Shown here piece by piece: positions 1-8,615 of a stretch of 64,000 nucleotides of DNA. The notes beneath the pieces were generated by a model. It saw nothing but the letters and a program-made list of their open reading frames with translations, had not been told where the DNA came from and made no database searches. The stretch lies in NCBI GenBank assembly GCA_963769025.1, contig CAVYKI010000003.1, forward strand, positions 1,024,001-1,088,000, read 5' to 3'. The translations under genes and the position numbers were made by a program. Position 1 is the stretch's first letter, and every line of letters begins with the position of its first letter. Source of the stretch: an uncultured Verrucomicrobiae bacterium. GTDB lineage: Bacteria; Verrucomicrobiota; Verrucomicrobiia; Chthoniobacterales; Chthoniobacteraceae.

Positions 1-1
1 T

Positions 2-1261
2 CTCGGCCATTTTGCGCTCGGTGATGTCGCGCTGGATGCCGAGGAAGCCGGTCATCACTCCGTCGTCATCGCGCACCGGCGAGACGAGCAGCGCGTTCCA
101 GAAAATCGTGCCGTCCTTGCGATAGTTCAGGATCTCGCCGTCGAAATAGCCGTCGCCGTGCAGCGCGGTTTTCAGCCGTTCCACCGTTGCCGGGTCCGTC
201 TCCGGGCCTTGGAGAATGGCGCAGCTTTTCCCGAGCAGTTCCGCCTCGGTGTAGCCGGTGAGCCGGGTGAAGCCGGCATTGGCAAAAGTGATCCGCCGAT
301 CATGTCCCGCGAGCAGCATTCCGAGCGAGGCATCGCTAAGCGCGCGCTCGAACAGGGTCTGGATCCCGACCGCGCGGAGCCGCGCGAAGTGAAGCGCCGT
401 GATCACCCAGCCGAGCAAGGCGCTCGTCGCCATGAAAATCCACAATACGACGACCTGCTCGATGGGCTCGGCCCGGTGGAAGGGACCGCGACCAGTGGCC
501 GTTCCATAGGCTGCGATGGCCGGTAGCAAGATCAGCGTGAGCGATGTGCCGATCGACCCAAAGCGCAGCGCCGCCCACGCGACCGTCGACAACGGCACAA
601 ACGCCAGCGCCCAAGGCTGGCCGTTCGGCCCACGGTTCAGGACGAATACGCCCCAGGCCGTGAGAAAAGTCACCCCCAGCCAGCTCAGAAACTCCCATCG
701 CCGGACAACGATCCCGCGCCATTGCCTGCGGGCGAAGGCGAGCAGGAGCGGCGCAGCGGCGATGACGCCCATCGTGTCCCCGGCCCACCACGTCAGCCAC
801 GCGGCGAGGCGGTCATCCGGCAGCATGCCGGAAAGCGAAAGGTTTGCCACACCGATGCTCGCGGAAAGCAGCATGCCCAGCGCGCCGCCTGCCGCGAGGA
901 GCAGGATGTCGCGCTTGCGATCGAACGCGGGGTGGATGCCCATCCGCCTCAGCGCCCAAGCGGCCAGTAACGGTCCCAGCGTGCTCCCCACCGTGATGCC
1001 AGCCGCAACCCGCCACGGGATGCCGGTGGCGAAATTTACCAGGAACGCCCCGAGCGCGACGCCCGGCCAGCATCCGTTACCACAACGCAAAAGCCCCGCC
1101 ACCGCGATGCCGGTGGGCAGCCAGAGGAGCGTGACATGCGAACCGACCGCCGGCAACTGGAGCCCGAACCAGCCGGTGACAAAATAGGCCGCCGCCAGCG
1201 AAAGAGCGCGCAGCGCGGTTCTCAAATGGTTATTTTTGGGAAGAGTGCCACCGAGGTTCAT
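2..1261 (-). CDS. MASE1 membrane sensor with PAS/LOV-like domain; runs off the window's left edge (output domain not visible)
   Basis: Not in the ORF track (no stop inside window). Manual translation from ATG at 1261: hydrophobic MASE1-like N-terminus (AAAYFVTGWFGL...LLWLPTGIAVA...WPGVALGAFLVN), then PAS domain ITFANAGFTRLTGYTEAELLGKSCAILQGPETD...EILNYRKDGTIFWN...GIQRDITERK. Confidence 0.85.
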   Translation of the reverse strand, partial: MNLGGTLPKNNHLRTALRALSLAAAYFVTGWFGLQLPAVGSHVTLLWLPTGIAVAGLLRCGNGCWPGVALGAFLVNFATGIPWRVAAGITVGSTLGPLLAAWALRRMGIHPAFDRKRDILLLAAGGALGMLLSASIGVANLSLSGMLPDDRLAAWLTWWAGDTMGVIAAAPLLLAFARRQWRGIVVRRWEFLSWLGVTFLTAWGVFVLNRGPNGQPWALAFVPLSTVAWAALRFGSIGTSLTLILLPAIAAYGTATGRGPFHRAEPIEQVVVLWIFMATSALLGWVITALHFARLRAVGIQTLFERALSDASLGMLLAGHDRRITFANAGFTRLTGYTEAELLGKSCAILQGPETDPATVERLKTALHGDGYFDGEILNYRKDGTIFWNALLVSPVRDDDGVMTGFLGIQRDITERKMAE

Positions 1262-1406
1262 GCCGTAGGGGTCAGAGCCATGCCGAGGTGCATCCTCTAG
1301 GAACCGACCGGGGGATGTAAACGATCGTTTCGTTACAGTCGTGCAACGAGCTGGCGGGCGTCACATCGGCACCCACAGCTGGAAATCTCGCGCGCCTTTG
1401 CTCCAC

Positions 1407-1441
1407 AAAAAAACAGGCCGGTTGGGACACAACCGGCCTGT
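1407..1441 (-). terminator. Rho-independent terminator
   Basis: On the minus strand, ACAGGCCGGTTG/CAACCGGCCTGT stem followed by a T-run, just downstream of the stop at 1475. Confidence 0.75.
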
Positions 1442-1474
1442 CTGAGAATTGGGATGAAATGGAAATCCCGGGGA

Positions 1475-2291
1475 CTACCTCGGCGGTGGCGGCGGATTTC
1501 CCTGCGGCTCGCGATCGCCGCGCGGCGACGGGCGGTCGCCGGGAGGATGCGGACGCGACTTCTCATGCGGTCCGCCGTCGCGGTGCATGCGATTTTCGCT
1601 CCGGTCGGAATCCCTCCTCGGGGGCGTCGGCGGGCGCGCGTCGCGCGAATCGGGACCGGGACCGCCACGCATGTGCTGCGAACGGTCACCGGATGTCGTG
1701 CGATTGACGAGACGCTGCATGCCGTCGCGCAACTCCTGCACCTGGCGGGTGAGCACCATCACTTGATGGCGAAGTTCTTCCATTCCCGGAGGGCCGCTCC
1801 GCGGTCCGTGGGGCATCGGGCCGGACCCGGGGGAGCGGTGGGACGCCTCCGGACGGTCACTGATCGACGGGCGGCGCGTTTCCGGGCGCGCGGCTGCGCT
1901 CCCCGTCGCGGGGACCGCCTTCGCGCATTTCAGGACGGCGGTTCCAAGGTGCCAGGGCGCCCGGTTGCGGGCGGCGGCCTTCTTCACGGCGGACATCGGG
2001 CTTCGGCGGCTCAGGCCGGCGGCTTTCCTCGCGGCGGGCGTCGGGCTTGGGTGGCTCGGGCCGCCGACCTTCTTCGCGGCGGGCATCGGGCCCGGGGGCC
2101 TCGGGGGGGCGGCCTTCTTCGCGGCGGATCTCAAGCCGGGGTGGTTCGGGCCGGCGGCTCTCGGTCGGGCGGCCCTCGGGGTTTTCACGGGGACGATCAG
2201 CTTCGCGGCGCGGCTGGTCTGGCGATTGGGAATTCGCGGCACCCGTGAAACACAGGGCGGCGAGCATGGGTAGGAGGAGTTGAGCTTTCAT
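1475..2291 (-). CDS. Secreted low-complexity R/E/P-rich repeat protein with short coiled coil; split by an apparent +1 insertion near 1885
   Basis: Signal peptide MKAQLLLPMLAALCFTGAANS in ORF 1857..2354. Removing one base near 1885 joins it to the 1475..2242 frame (RAPETRRPSISD...MEELRHQVMVLTRQVQELRDGMQRL), giving 816 nt = 272 codons. Confidence 0.65.
1968..2126 (-). repeat. 45-bp tandem coding repeat (about 3.5 units, RREEGRRPEPPKPDA-like)
   Basis: Unit starts at 2126, 2081, 2036 and 1991, exactly 45 bp apart. Confidence 0.85.
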
Positions 2292-2506
2292 CAGGTTGTT
2301 GCGAACACCGGACGTCGCAGCGAGTTGCAACGAAACTCCGGCTCCTGCCAGCACCCGCCATTCTCGCGCGCCGCTAGCGCGGGAAAATTTGGGCGTTCGG
2401 CAAGTGTCCGAAACCTACGCGCAGTCGCACCGCACACACGATTTCAAGCTGTCCCCGCCGGTCAACTTCCGCTATCAGTTACACCGTAACCTCTACCTTT
2501 ACTCCC

Positions 2507-3037
2507 ATGAAACCTCCCACTCCGGTCCACAAGGCGATCAACGAACAGATCAAGAACGAGCTGCAGGCGCACTACAACTACCTCGGCATGTCCGCGCATT
2601 TCGAGGACTCGCCCTATCTGGGTTTTGCAAAATGGATGCGCATGCAATCCGCGGAGGAGCACGGGCACGCGATGCGCCTTTTCGATTTTCTGCGCGAGCG
2701 GAACGTGGCGATCGAGTTGAGCGCCATCGATGCGCCCAAGACCACATACGGCCCGCAGCCGCTGGAAGTGTTTGAGATCGCACTGGCCCAGGAACAGGGC
2801 GTCACGCGGCAGATCAATCACCTCTACGATCTGGCGCTCAAGGAGAAGGACTATTCCACCCTCCCGTTCCTCCAGTGGTTCCTGCAGGAGCAGGTCGAGG
2901 AGGAAAACACCGTCTCCGACATCATCGACCGGCTCCGCCTCGCCGGCGACAATTCTGCGGCGTTGCTTCGCCTCGATGGTGAGGCGCCCCGGCTTGCCGC
3001 GGCCCGCGCTGCGGCCGGGGCCAAACCGGGGGCCTGA
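2507..3037 (+). CDS. ftnA: Non-heme ferritin
   Basis: EQIKNEL..YLGMS, QSAEEHGHAMRL, EQGVT..IN.LY, FLQWFLQEQVEEE ferroxidase-centre pattern. Confidence 0.92.
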   Translation: MKPPTPVHKAINEQIKNELQAHYNYLGMSAHFEDSPYLGFAKWMRMQSAEEHGHAMRLFDFLRERNVAIELSAIDAPKTTYGPQPLEVFEIALAQEQGVTRQINHLYDLALKEKDYSTLPFLQWFLQEQVEEENTVSDIIDRLRLAGDNSAALLRLDGEAPRLAAARAAAGAKPGA

Positions 3038-3097
3038 AGTGCGTGGACGTCGCGAAATGTCCGTTCGTCAACATGTCGAAACTGAACGCCGAAAAAT

Positions 3098-3307
3098 ATG
3101 AGTGACCACATCTACAAGAAAATCGAACTGATCGGCTCGTCCCCCACTGGCATTGAGGACGCCGTGAACAACGCCGTCTCCCGCGCGGCGAAAACAGTCC
3201 GCAACATGCGTTGGTTCGAAGTCAGCGAAATCCGCGGCCACATCGAAGACAACAAGATCGGCCACTGGCAGGTGACCGTGAAGATCGGATTCACGCTCGA
3301 CGCGTGA
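3098..3307 (+). CDS. Dodecin (flavin-binding)
   Basis: [15 protein letters not shown]...[23 protein letters not shown]...[12 protein letters not shown], typical 69-aa dodecin. Confidence 0.95.
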   Translation: MSDHIYKKIELIGSSPTGIEDAVNNAVSRAAKTVRNMRWFEVSEIRGHIEDNKIGHWQVTVKIGFTLDA

Positions 3308-3356
3308 AACGGTGACGCCGCGGTAAAGGCCGGCCGCACGGTCGGCCTATCGCCAA

Positions 3357-4520
3357 TCAGGCCGCCGCAGCCACGCGGCGGACCTTCTCCGCGACCTCGG
3401 GAACGATTTCCAGCGCACGCGCGACATCCGCGGCCGTGTTGAAGCGCCCGAATGAAAACCGCAGGCTGCTGCGGGCACGCGTGTCGTCGTAGCCCATCGC
3501 GCGGAGGACGTGCGACGGCTCGTGCTGGCCCGTGGTGCAGGCCGAGCCCGCGGAGCAGCAGATGCCGCGCTGGTCGAGCAGCATGAGCATCGCCTCGCTC
3601 TCCACGCCGCTGAACGCGAGGCTCGTCGTGTTCGGCAGCCGGTTCACGGTGTCGCCATTCACCTGCACTCCCTCGATTCGCGAGAGAATGCCGGACTCGA
3701 AATCATCGCGGAACTTTTTCACCACCGTCGCCTCGTGATCGAGATGCTGCGCGGCAAGTTCGCACGCCTTGCCGAGCGCGATGATGCTCGCCGTGTTCTG
3801 CGTGCCCGCGCGGCGTCCGCCCTCCTGGCCGCCGCCGGTCATCGACGGGATGAATTTCGTCCGGCGATTCACATAGAGGACGCCGACGCCCTTCGGCGCA
3901 TGCAGCTTGTGGCCGCTGAGCGAGAGGAAGTTCACCTTCAGGTCGCTGACCTTGAACGGCACCTTGCCCACGGCCTGCACGGCATCCGTGTGAAAGACGG
4001 CGCCTTTCTCGCGCACGATGTCGGCGATTTTGCCGGTCGGGAACATCACGCCGGTCTCGTTGTTCGCCCACATGATCGAGACGAGTGCCGTCTCGTCCGT
4101 GATGGCGCGCTCCAGCTCGCCGAGATCGATCTGCCCGTCGGAATTCACGCCCAGCCACGTCACGGGATGCCCACGCTTGGCGAGCAGCTCGCACGTCTTC
4201 ATCGTCGCGCTGTGCTCGACGCGCGTGGTGACGATGTGCCGCCGGTCGCGATCCATCGCGAGCGCGGAGGAAATCGCCGCATTCGTGCTCTCCGTCCCGC
4301 AGCTCGTGAAAAGCACCTCACCCGGTTCGCAGCCGAGCAGCGCGGCGACCCGCTCCCGCGCGGTCTCCAGCGCGTCGTTCACCTTCTGGCCGAAACGGTA
4401 GCCGCTCGACGGATTGCCGTAGAATTCGGAGAGCCATGGCAGCATCTCGGCGACGACGGCAGGGTCCACCTGCGTGGTCGCGTTATTGTCGAGGTAGATC
4501 AGATCGCTGGCGGTGCTCAT
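3357..4520 (-). CDS. iscS: Cysteine desulfurase, IscS/NifS class I
   Basis: YLDNNATT, HTDAVQ, SGHK (PLP Lys), SAGSACT (catalytic Cys), SLRFSFGRFN; start taken at MSTASD. Confidence 0.92.
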   Translation of the reverse strand: MSTASDLIYLDNNATTQVDPAVVAEMLPWLSEFYGNPSSGYRFGQKVNDALETARERVAALLGCEPGEVLFTSCGTESTNAAISSALAMDRDRRHIVTTRVEHSATMKTCELLAKRGHPVTWLGVNSDGQIDLGELERAITDETALVSIMWANNETGVMFPTGKIADIVREKGAVFHTDAVQAVGKVPFKVSDLKVNFLSLSGHKLHAPKGVGVLYVNRRTKFIPSMTGGGQEGGRRAGTQNTASIIALGKACELAAQHLDHEATVVKKFRDDFESGILSRIEGVQVNGDTVNRLPNTTSLAFSGVESEAMLMLLDQRGICCSAGSACTTGQHEPSHVLRAMGYDDTRARSSLRFSFGRFNTAADVARALEIVPEVAEKVRRVAAAA

Positions 4521-4583
4521 GGCAAAGGACGCGTAACGTAAAACGCAATCCGGCGAGAGCCAAGGCAACTTTGCTCGGCCGCC

Positions 4584-5027
4584 CTACCCCTTCGCGACCG
4601 GGAACGCCCACTTGTGGTACACGATGAATTTCAGCCAGCTCAGGCAGAGCTGCGTGGCCACCACATCCAGATCGAGCGGGAACCGGCCGAGGTTGAGCGC
4701 GAGATGCGCGTTGATGTGTTTGAAAAGCGTGAGCAACGCCGTGGACATCACGTAAAGCATCCCGACCGCCGTGAGGTAACGCGCGAGCGCGTCGCGTTTC
4801 CGCGAGTCGGTGCGAAAATTCACGAAGTAATTCCAGCAGAAGAAAAACACGGTGCCGACGCCGATGCTGCACGCGGAGATCTGCCAGACCGGCATGTCCG
4901 TGTGCATGCGCAGGTATTTGAAAGGCGTCGCGATCAGCAGGTAGTTCACCCCCGAGCCGGCGAGGAACCAGAACATGCGCCAGCGCAGCGTGCGGCTGGG
5001 CTTTGCGGGTTCGGTGGCGTTTTCCAT
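4584..5027 (-). CDS. GtrA-like small membrane protein
   Basis: Four hydrophobic segments, FFFCWNYFVNFR and KFIVYHKWAF ends typical of GtrA family. Confidence 0.65.
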   Translation of the reverse strand: MENATEPAKPSRTLRWRMFWFLAGSGVNYLLIATPFKYLRMHTDMPVWQISACSIGVGTVFFFCWNYFVNFRTDSRKRDALARYLTAVGMLYVMSTALLTLFKHINAHLALNLGRFPLDLDVVATQLCLSWLKFIVYHKWAFPVAKG

Positions 5028-5303
5028 CGGTGCGACATAGGGCATCGCGCCCCGCTTGCCAACCGCGTTGCCGTCCCGTCCGCAGCGCAGGAAATGGACA
5101 CAGGCTGCCGGCTGCGGCACTGGCCTCCGTTTCCACCCTGATCGGATCGCGGCCTGACGCACGAAGAACAAACCGCTTCACTTTTGCCACCCCACTGCCA
5201 TGGTCAGCACTGACTTGAAATGACGGCGCAAAAGCCAATTTCTAGCGACGCCATCGCAGCGAGTTTCAACAAGGCAGACCAATCCTCATCCACCCGACCA
5301 ACC

Positions 5304-5861
5304 ATGGAAACCCACACAAAAACGAATTCGAACCGCAGCCTCATGAGCAGCCTCCTGCTGGCGATCGCCATTTGCTTCACCGGATGCGCGGCGCAGGAAC
5401 AGGTGAGCCGTGAAGCCCATGCGGCACTCGCCCAACTCGTGAGGCAATCACCGGGCGCAGCGGTGCTGGCGTCCAAGGCCAAGGGAATCCTCGTGTTCCC
5501 GGACGTGTTCAAAGGAGGCTTCGTCTTTTCAGGACACGAGGGCGACGGAGCCTTGATCCAAGGGGGCGAGACCACTGGTTACTACAATCTGGCGGGCGCG
5601 TCGTTCGGATTTCTCGCGGGCGTCCAGGTGTACTCCTACGCTCTGTTTTTCATGACCGACGAGGATCTGGAATATCTGAACCAGACCGGCGGATTTGAAG
5701 TGGGCGCCGGCCCGAGCGTCGTGGTGGCGAATGCAGGACTGTCCGGTTCGCTGAGCACGAGCACGGTGCGGAAGGGCATCTACTCCTTCTTCTACAACGA
5801 GCAGGGCCTCATGGGTGCCCTCGACGTGCAGGGCTCGAAAATCACCCGGCTCCGCCGCTAA
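5304..5861 (+). CDS. Ysc84/SYLF lipid-binding domain lipoprotein
   Basis: Lipobox (CFTGC), AKGILVFPDVFKGGFV..G..GDGAL, ASFGF.AGVQ, GLMG.L.VQGSKITR. Confidence 0.85.
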   Translation: METHTKTNSNRSLMSSLLLAIAICFTGCAAQEQVSREAHAALAQLVRQSPGAAVLASKAKGILVFPDVFKGGFVFSGHEGDGALIQGGETTGYYNLAGASFGFLAGVQVYSYALFFMTDEDLEYLNQTGGFEVGAGPSVVVANAGLSGSLSTSTVRKGIYSFFYNEQGLMGALDVQGSKITRLRR

Positions 5862-5927
5862 CGAGCGAAGGCGAAGCGCCCGGTTTTTTTCTTGCCACCT
5901 TTGCGCGTTCGCAACCACGTTCCCAAC

Positions 5928-6074
5928 GTGAAATCTTGCCTCTCGTATCGTTGCCTTGCCTCCGCCGTCCTCGCCCTGTTGGTCGCGGTCGTCTTCAGTT
6001 CCTGCGGAACGATCTCTGGAATGGGCCGGGATTTGAGATACCTCGGGAACGCTGTCGATACCGCGGCACGCTGA
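5928..6074 (+). CDS. Entericidin EcnA/B-family lipoprotein
   Basis: Lipobox FSSC followed by GTISGMGRDL...GNAV..AA. Confidence 0.75.
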   Translation: MKSCLSYRCLASAVLALLVAVVFSSCGTISGMGRDLRYLGNAVDTAAR

Positions 6075-6171
6075 CCCTTCATTTCAGGCAATCACCGCCG
6101 GCCGGACTGACTGGCTTCGGCGCACCGCAGGGTCCGTTTTCGGAAAAGGCGGGCCATCCTACGCCCTCGGC

Positions 6172-7182
6172 TCACGGGCGCGCGAGCGATCCCAACCGCC
6201 CGGCACGGGCGCTCACTGCCGTGGCTGCCCACACCACTGCCAGCAACGCGGCACCGACGACCGCCATCGCGGCGGCGATCGAAACATCCAGCCACAGGCC
6301 GATGTGCATCCCTATCACCGCGCTCAGCGCGGCGTGGAGCGCGGAAAGCGCGAGCATCGCGGGCAGGCGGCGCGCGATCAGATACGCCGTGGCGCCGGGA
6401 AGGATGAGCATCGCGACGACGAGGATCGCGCCGACTGCGCGGAATGCGCTCACGACGACGACCGACAGTGCCGCCATCAGCGCGTAGTGGACGAGCGCGG
6501 GGCGCATGCCGAGCGTGGCGGCGAGCGCGGGATCGAATGTCGTGACGAGCAGCTCCTTGTAGAAAACGGCGATCAGCGCGAGGACGAGCAGGCACACGAC
6601 GGCCATGATCACCACGGACGACGGCGCGGCGGCGAACAGGGTCGCGGCAGCGGGGTTGCCTTCCATGCTCACGAGCGCGAGTTCGCCGAAAAGCACGCAG
6701 TCGGCGTCGAGGTCCACATGCCCGGCAAATCCGCTGATGAGCACGACGCCGAGCGCGAACATCGTCGAAAACACGATGCCCATCGCGGCGTCCTGCTTGA
6801 TGCGCGAGTTGCGCTGGATGATTTCCATGAGCGCCGCAGTCACCAGCCCCGCGCCGAGCGCGCCTGCGAACATCACGAGCGGGCTGCGCGAGTCTGTGAG
6901 CAGAAACGCAATCGCGATCCCAGGCAGGATGCTGTGGCTGATCGCGTCGCCGACGAGTGACATGCGGCGGAGGACGAGGAAATTTCCCAGCACGCCGCAC
7001 GACAGCGCGACGAGGAATCCCATGAGCACGACCCAGCCCCAGATGGAGAAGTCTTCAGTCCACGGAGCGACGACGATGCGGTGCCAGTCGAAAGGCGGAA
7101 GCGTGAGAAGTGAGACGTGAGCGGTGAGACGTGAGAGGTGCTCCACACCCGGACCGCTTACGATTTCAGAAAGGCCAATCAT
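6172..7182 (-). CDS. Mn/Zn/Fe ABC transporter permease (TroD/MntD-like)
   Basis: LGNFLVLRRMSLVGDAISHSILPG, DAAMGIVF, FYKELLVTTFDP, VGAILVVAMLILPGATAY. Confidence 0.92.
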   Translation of the reverse strand: MIGLSEIVSGPGVEHLSRLTAHVSLLTLPPFDWHRIVVAPWTEDFSIWGWVVLMGFLVALSCGVLGNFLVLRRMSLVGDAISHSILPGIAIAFLLTDSRSPLVMFAGALGAGLVTAALMEIIQRNSRIKQDAAMGIVFSTMFALGVVLISGFAGHVDLDADCVLFGELALVSMEGNPAAATLFAAAPSSVVIMAVVCLLVLALIAVFYKELLVTTFDPALAATLGMRPALVHYALMAALSVVVVSAFRAVGAILVVAMLILPGATAYLIARRLPAMLALSALHAALSAVIGMHIGLWLDVSIAAAMAVVGAALLAVVWAATAVSARAGRLGSLARP

Positions 7183-7208
7183 ACTTCTCACGTCTCACGT
7201 CTCACGTC
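7103..7208. repeat. Inverted pair of GTGAGAC heptamer arrays at the troC/troD junction
   Basis: Five GTGAGnn units at 7103-7137 and three complementary (G/T)TCTCAC units at 7185-7205. Confidence 0.8.
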
Positions 7209-8615
7209 GCCGCCCACCCGCGGGATCTCCCGCCCGTGCGGATCGCGCTCCGGGAAATCGAGCCGCTGTTCGAGTTCGCGCACGGTTTCCTCACCGAGCA
7301 GGTGTTCGATTTCCTCCGCGTCGTCGTGGACGTGGTCAGTGCGGAAATTGGCTCGCTCGGTGAGGTACAGCTCCCACAGGCGGTGGTTGCGGATGACGGT
7401 GCGCGCGACACGCATACCCTCGGGCGTGAGGCGCACCTCGGGACCTGCAATCGCAAAGCCGTGGCGTGTGAGCGCCGAGGCTGCGCGACGCGCGTTTGCG
7501 GGCGAACTGCGGCTGCGCGCGGCGAGTTCGTCGCACGAAACTCCGTCGCGCTGGAAGCCGCCATGTTCGAGCACCTGGTAGATCGCCTTCAGTGTGTTTT
7601 CCCGTGCCACGCGACGGCGGCGTTCGCGTGTGCGCCACCAGCGCGCGAGCACGCCGTGGCGCGGGGCGAAAAGGAATGTGACTGCGAAAATCGCCGATGC
7701 TGCGAGCACCATGCACGGGCCGGTGGGAAGGTTGCTGCCGAGGAAGGACACGAACGCGCCCAGCCCGCCGGCGAGCATCCCGAGCAACGCAGAGAGAATG
7801 AGCATCCGGTGCATGCGGTCGGTGAGCAGATACGCGGCAGCGGCGGGAATGATGAGCATCGCCGACACGAGCACCGCACCCACGGCTTGCAGCGCGACGA
7901 CGACGGCGGCGGCGAGCAAAAGCATGAGCAGATTGTGCAGCAGCCGCACGGGCAGTCCGATGGTGCGGGCGAAGACGGCGTCGAAGCTCACGGCGAGGAA
8001 TTCCTTATAGAACAACGCAAGGATGAGCACCGTCGCGCCGGTCGTCGCGGCCATGAGCGCGACATCGCCGCCGCCGAGTGCCGCTGCCTGGCCGAAGAAC
8101 ACGCTGCCGATGCCGCTCTTGTCCGCGCCGGGCAGGCGCTGGATGACGCCCATGAGGCAGAGGCCGATGGCAAAAAACACCGAGAGCACGATGCCGAGCG
8201 CGGCGTCCTCCTTGAGCTTCGTCGTGCGTGTGAGCCAGCCGGTGACGAGTGTCCCGAGCAGCCCCGCGACCGTCGCGCCGATGAAAATGGCGGCGGGATC
8301 CTTGGTCATCTTCCACAAAAATCCGAGCGCAACGCCGGGCAGCACGGCGTGGGAAAGCGTGTCGCCCACGAGCGCCATCCGCCGCACGACGAGGAACGCG
8401 CCGAGCAGCCCGCAGCTCACGCCGAGCAGCAGCGAGCCCGCGAGCGCGAGCCGCAGCGACGGATCGCGGAAGGTGAAGAAGCGGAGCGCCTGTTCATAGG
8501 CATTGCTCCCGACGACATCGCCGATGCGGGCCGCTTCCGCCGGAACGGCGAGGAGGACGAGCAGCAGGAGCGTCGCGCCGAATCCGCGGGTTCCCGGAGC
8601 ACCTGCCCTTTTCAT
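7188..8615 (-). CDS. Metal ABC permease fused to C-terminal DtxR/MntR repressor domain (TroCR/YtgCR-like)
   Basis: ABC-3 permease motifs (ALVGDTLSHAVLPG, EDAALG), then RENTLKAIY...HTH...RNHRLWELYL...DHVHDDAEEIEH...DPHGREIP; start MKRAG forms an ATGA overlap with the troB stop. Confidence 0.9.
   Translation of the reverse strand: MKRAGAPGTRGFGATLLLLVLLAVPAEAARIGDVVGSNAYEQALRFFTFRDPSLRLALAGSLLLGVSCGLLGAFLVVRRMALVGDTLSHAVLPGVALGFLWKMTKDPAAIFIGATVAGLLGTLVTGWLTRTTKLKEDAALGIVLSVFFAIGLCLMGVIQRLPGADKSGIGSVFFGQAAALGGGDVALMAATTGATVLILALFYKEFLAVSFDAVFARTIGLPVRLLHNLLMLLLAAAVVVALQAVGAVLVSAMLIIPAAAAYLLTDRMHRMLILSALLGMLAGGLGAFVSFLGSNLPTGPCMVLAASAIFAVTFLFAPRHGVLARWWRTRERRRRVARENTLKAIYQVLEHGGFQRDGVSCDELAARSRSSPANARRAASALTRHGFAIAGPEVRLTPEGMRVARTVIRNHRLWELYLTERANFRTDHVHDDAEEIEHLLGEETVRELEQRLDFPERDPHGREIPRVGGDVRRET

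Noticed and set aside
1968..2126. Regularly spaced repeats as a possible CRISPR array
   Set aside because: Contiguous in-frame 45-bp coding units with no unique spacers and no cas genes
1475..2242. Histone-like AAKKAA protein in the ORF track
   Set aside because: Its N-terminal half is the off-frame reading of the RREEGRR repeats; the signal-peptide frame is the credible one
2980..3037. Ferritin C-terminal extension as an encapsulin cargo peptide
   Set aside because: Ala-rich tail lacks the LxIGSL-type motif and no encapsulin is in the window
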